Assembly (NCBI GenBank): GCA_013360215.1 | Contig: JABWCP010000027.1 | Coordinates: 1 to 43,137 of the forward strand | Length of the DNA: 43,137 nucleotides | Direction of reading: 5' to 3' | DNA from: a bacterium | GTDB taxonomy: Bacteria > CLD3 > SB21 | Shown: positions 42,161 through 43,137 of the stretch, in pieces | Position numbering within the stretch: position 1 is the first letter of the stretch | How the letters are laid out: each line of letters starts with the position of its first letter | Made by a program: the position numbers and the translations under genes | Notes under the pieces: generated by a model | The model's database searches: none | Told to the model about the DNA's origin: nothing | Seen by the model: the letters and a program-made list of their open reading frames with translations, nothing else

Positions 42161-42835
42161 TTAGGCCCCGATTTCATCCAATGCATTCTTAGCATCACGC
42201 GCCGCGCTGGTTTCAGGATACTCTTTCGTTACTTTTTCATACAACGCTTTAGCATTTGACGCTTGATTGACCATGCGGTAGCAACGCGCTGCTCCGATCA
42301 TGCTTTCGGGTGCCAAATGAGAACTGGGAAATTTACCTGCTGCTTTTTCGTATTGTTTGGCCGCTTCTTCGTACTTATTCTGCCCTTCATAACAAGCCGC
42401 AATACCCATAAGCGACGACATCACAAAAAGTTCATTATCCGCATAATCGTCGAGATACTGGTTGAAATACTGCAACGCAAAATCGTATTGATCGGTATTA
42501 AAATAAGCATTGGCCATATAAAAAGTTCCCATGCCTCCGCCGACGGTACCTTCGTATTCAGCACAATACTTTTCGAGACGACGAATCGCTTCACGGTAAT
42601 CACCGCTGAAATAAACACGCTCCGGTGCGGCTAATTTATTGACGGACTCTGCATCACGTTCTTTACTGTAATTCATATAGCCCCAAGACGTGGCTATGAT
42701 GACCAGTAAACCGACAATACCGTACAGGATAACCTGTTGATTGGTCTGCACGTAATCGGTGAACTGTGAAATTTTATTCATCACCGGATCTTTATGCAGT
42801 TCTTTTTTAGTAAGATGTTTTCTTGGCGTTAACAT
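42161..42835 (-). CDS. Membrane-anchored TPR protein (YfgM-like)
   Basis: RKHLTKKELHKDP N-terminus, single TM (VILYGIVGLLVIIATSWGY), three to four TPRs. Confidence 0.8.
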   Translation of the reverse strand: MLTPRKHLTKKELHKDPVMNKISQFTDYVQTNQQVILYGIVGLLVIIATSWGYMNYSKERDAESVNKLAAPERVYFSGDYREAIRRLEKYCAEYEGTVGGGMGTFYMANAYFNTDQYDFALQYFNQYLDDYADNELFVMSSLMGIAACYEGQNKYEEAAKQYEKAAGKFPSSHLAPESMIGAARCYRMVNQASNAKALYEKVTKEYPETSAARDAKNALDEIGA

Positions 42836-43026
42836 GCGTAATTCACTTCATTCTGTGGTCTAATTGATTTTTAAAGCGCCCCATAATACAAAACGGGCTT
42901 CTTGCACGCAAGTAAAATTAACAGAAACTAATTTTTATTCTAGTCGGTTAAAAATGATTCTACGGCTCAATAAGTCCTCGATTCAATATTATATTGTTAC
43001 AATTATAACATCAAGCCTGCGGAAAC

Positions 43027-43137
43027 GACGACCATTGGTCTTCTGCTGATTGTACCCTCGATCACGCCGTTGGCGTGACGACCATTGGCCTTCTGCTGAT
43101 TGTACCCTCGATCACGCCGTTGGCGTGACGACCATTG
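43027..43137. repeat. 50-bp tandem repeat (2.2 copies, cut by window end) with internal palindrome TCACGCC-GTT-GGCGTGA
   Basis: Unit GACGACCATTGG(T/C)CTTCTGCTGATTGTACCCTCGATCACGCCGTTGGCGT starts at 43027, 43077 and 43127; one mismatch between the full copies. Confidence 0.92.

Noticed and set aside
38402-42835. LOG-agmatinase-GH57-TPR as a novel pathway
   Set aside because: Ordinary housekeeping genes, with a terminator inside the run and a separate promoter before the motor operon; no evidence of functional linkage.
43027-43137. CRISPR array
   Set aside because: Whole 50-bp units are identical apart from one base; no unique spacers and no cas genes in the window.

Overview
Bacterial genomic window, almost entirely minus-strand coding, most likely from an FCB-superphylum lineage. 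This is inferred from the 'ELQQNYPNPFNP...KMLLVK' C-terminal sorting domain, a style typical of Ignavibacteria/Calditrichota/KSB1-like organisms. Left to right: (1) a giant secreted multi-domain surface protein gene that the ORF track missed because it has no stop in the window (start 11682, open through position 1, at least 3894 aa; DIYAQR propeller, four [Big_5 Ig + 7-bladed FG-GAP] units, FnIII, LamG, tandem beta-helix modules), preceded by a decayed-looking paralog of its N-terminus and a hairpin-rich leader; (2) a TPR lipoprotein, an LRR/Ig/FnIII protein with a C-terminal sorting domain, moaE-moaD, a thioester alpha-2-macroglobulin and a SemiSWEET; (3) aspS; (4) a ~12 kb operon (two large TPR proteins, a GltF-like small protein, ExbB/TolQ, two ExbD, a TonB-like AgmX/PglI-domain protein) resembling the core Agl-Glt motor of myxobacterial gliding but in a non-myxobacterial context, with unusual features (one ExbD has Asn in place of the conserved Asp; the large TPR protein ends in a split jelly-roll domain); (5) LOG family protein, agmatinase, GH57, a membrane-anchored TPR protein; (6) a 50-bp palindromic tandem repeat at the right end. 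The Agl-Glt-like operon is the best candidate for an undescribed system. All calls come from reading motifs by eye; no database searches were run.
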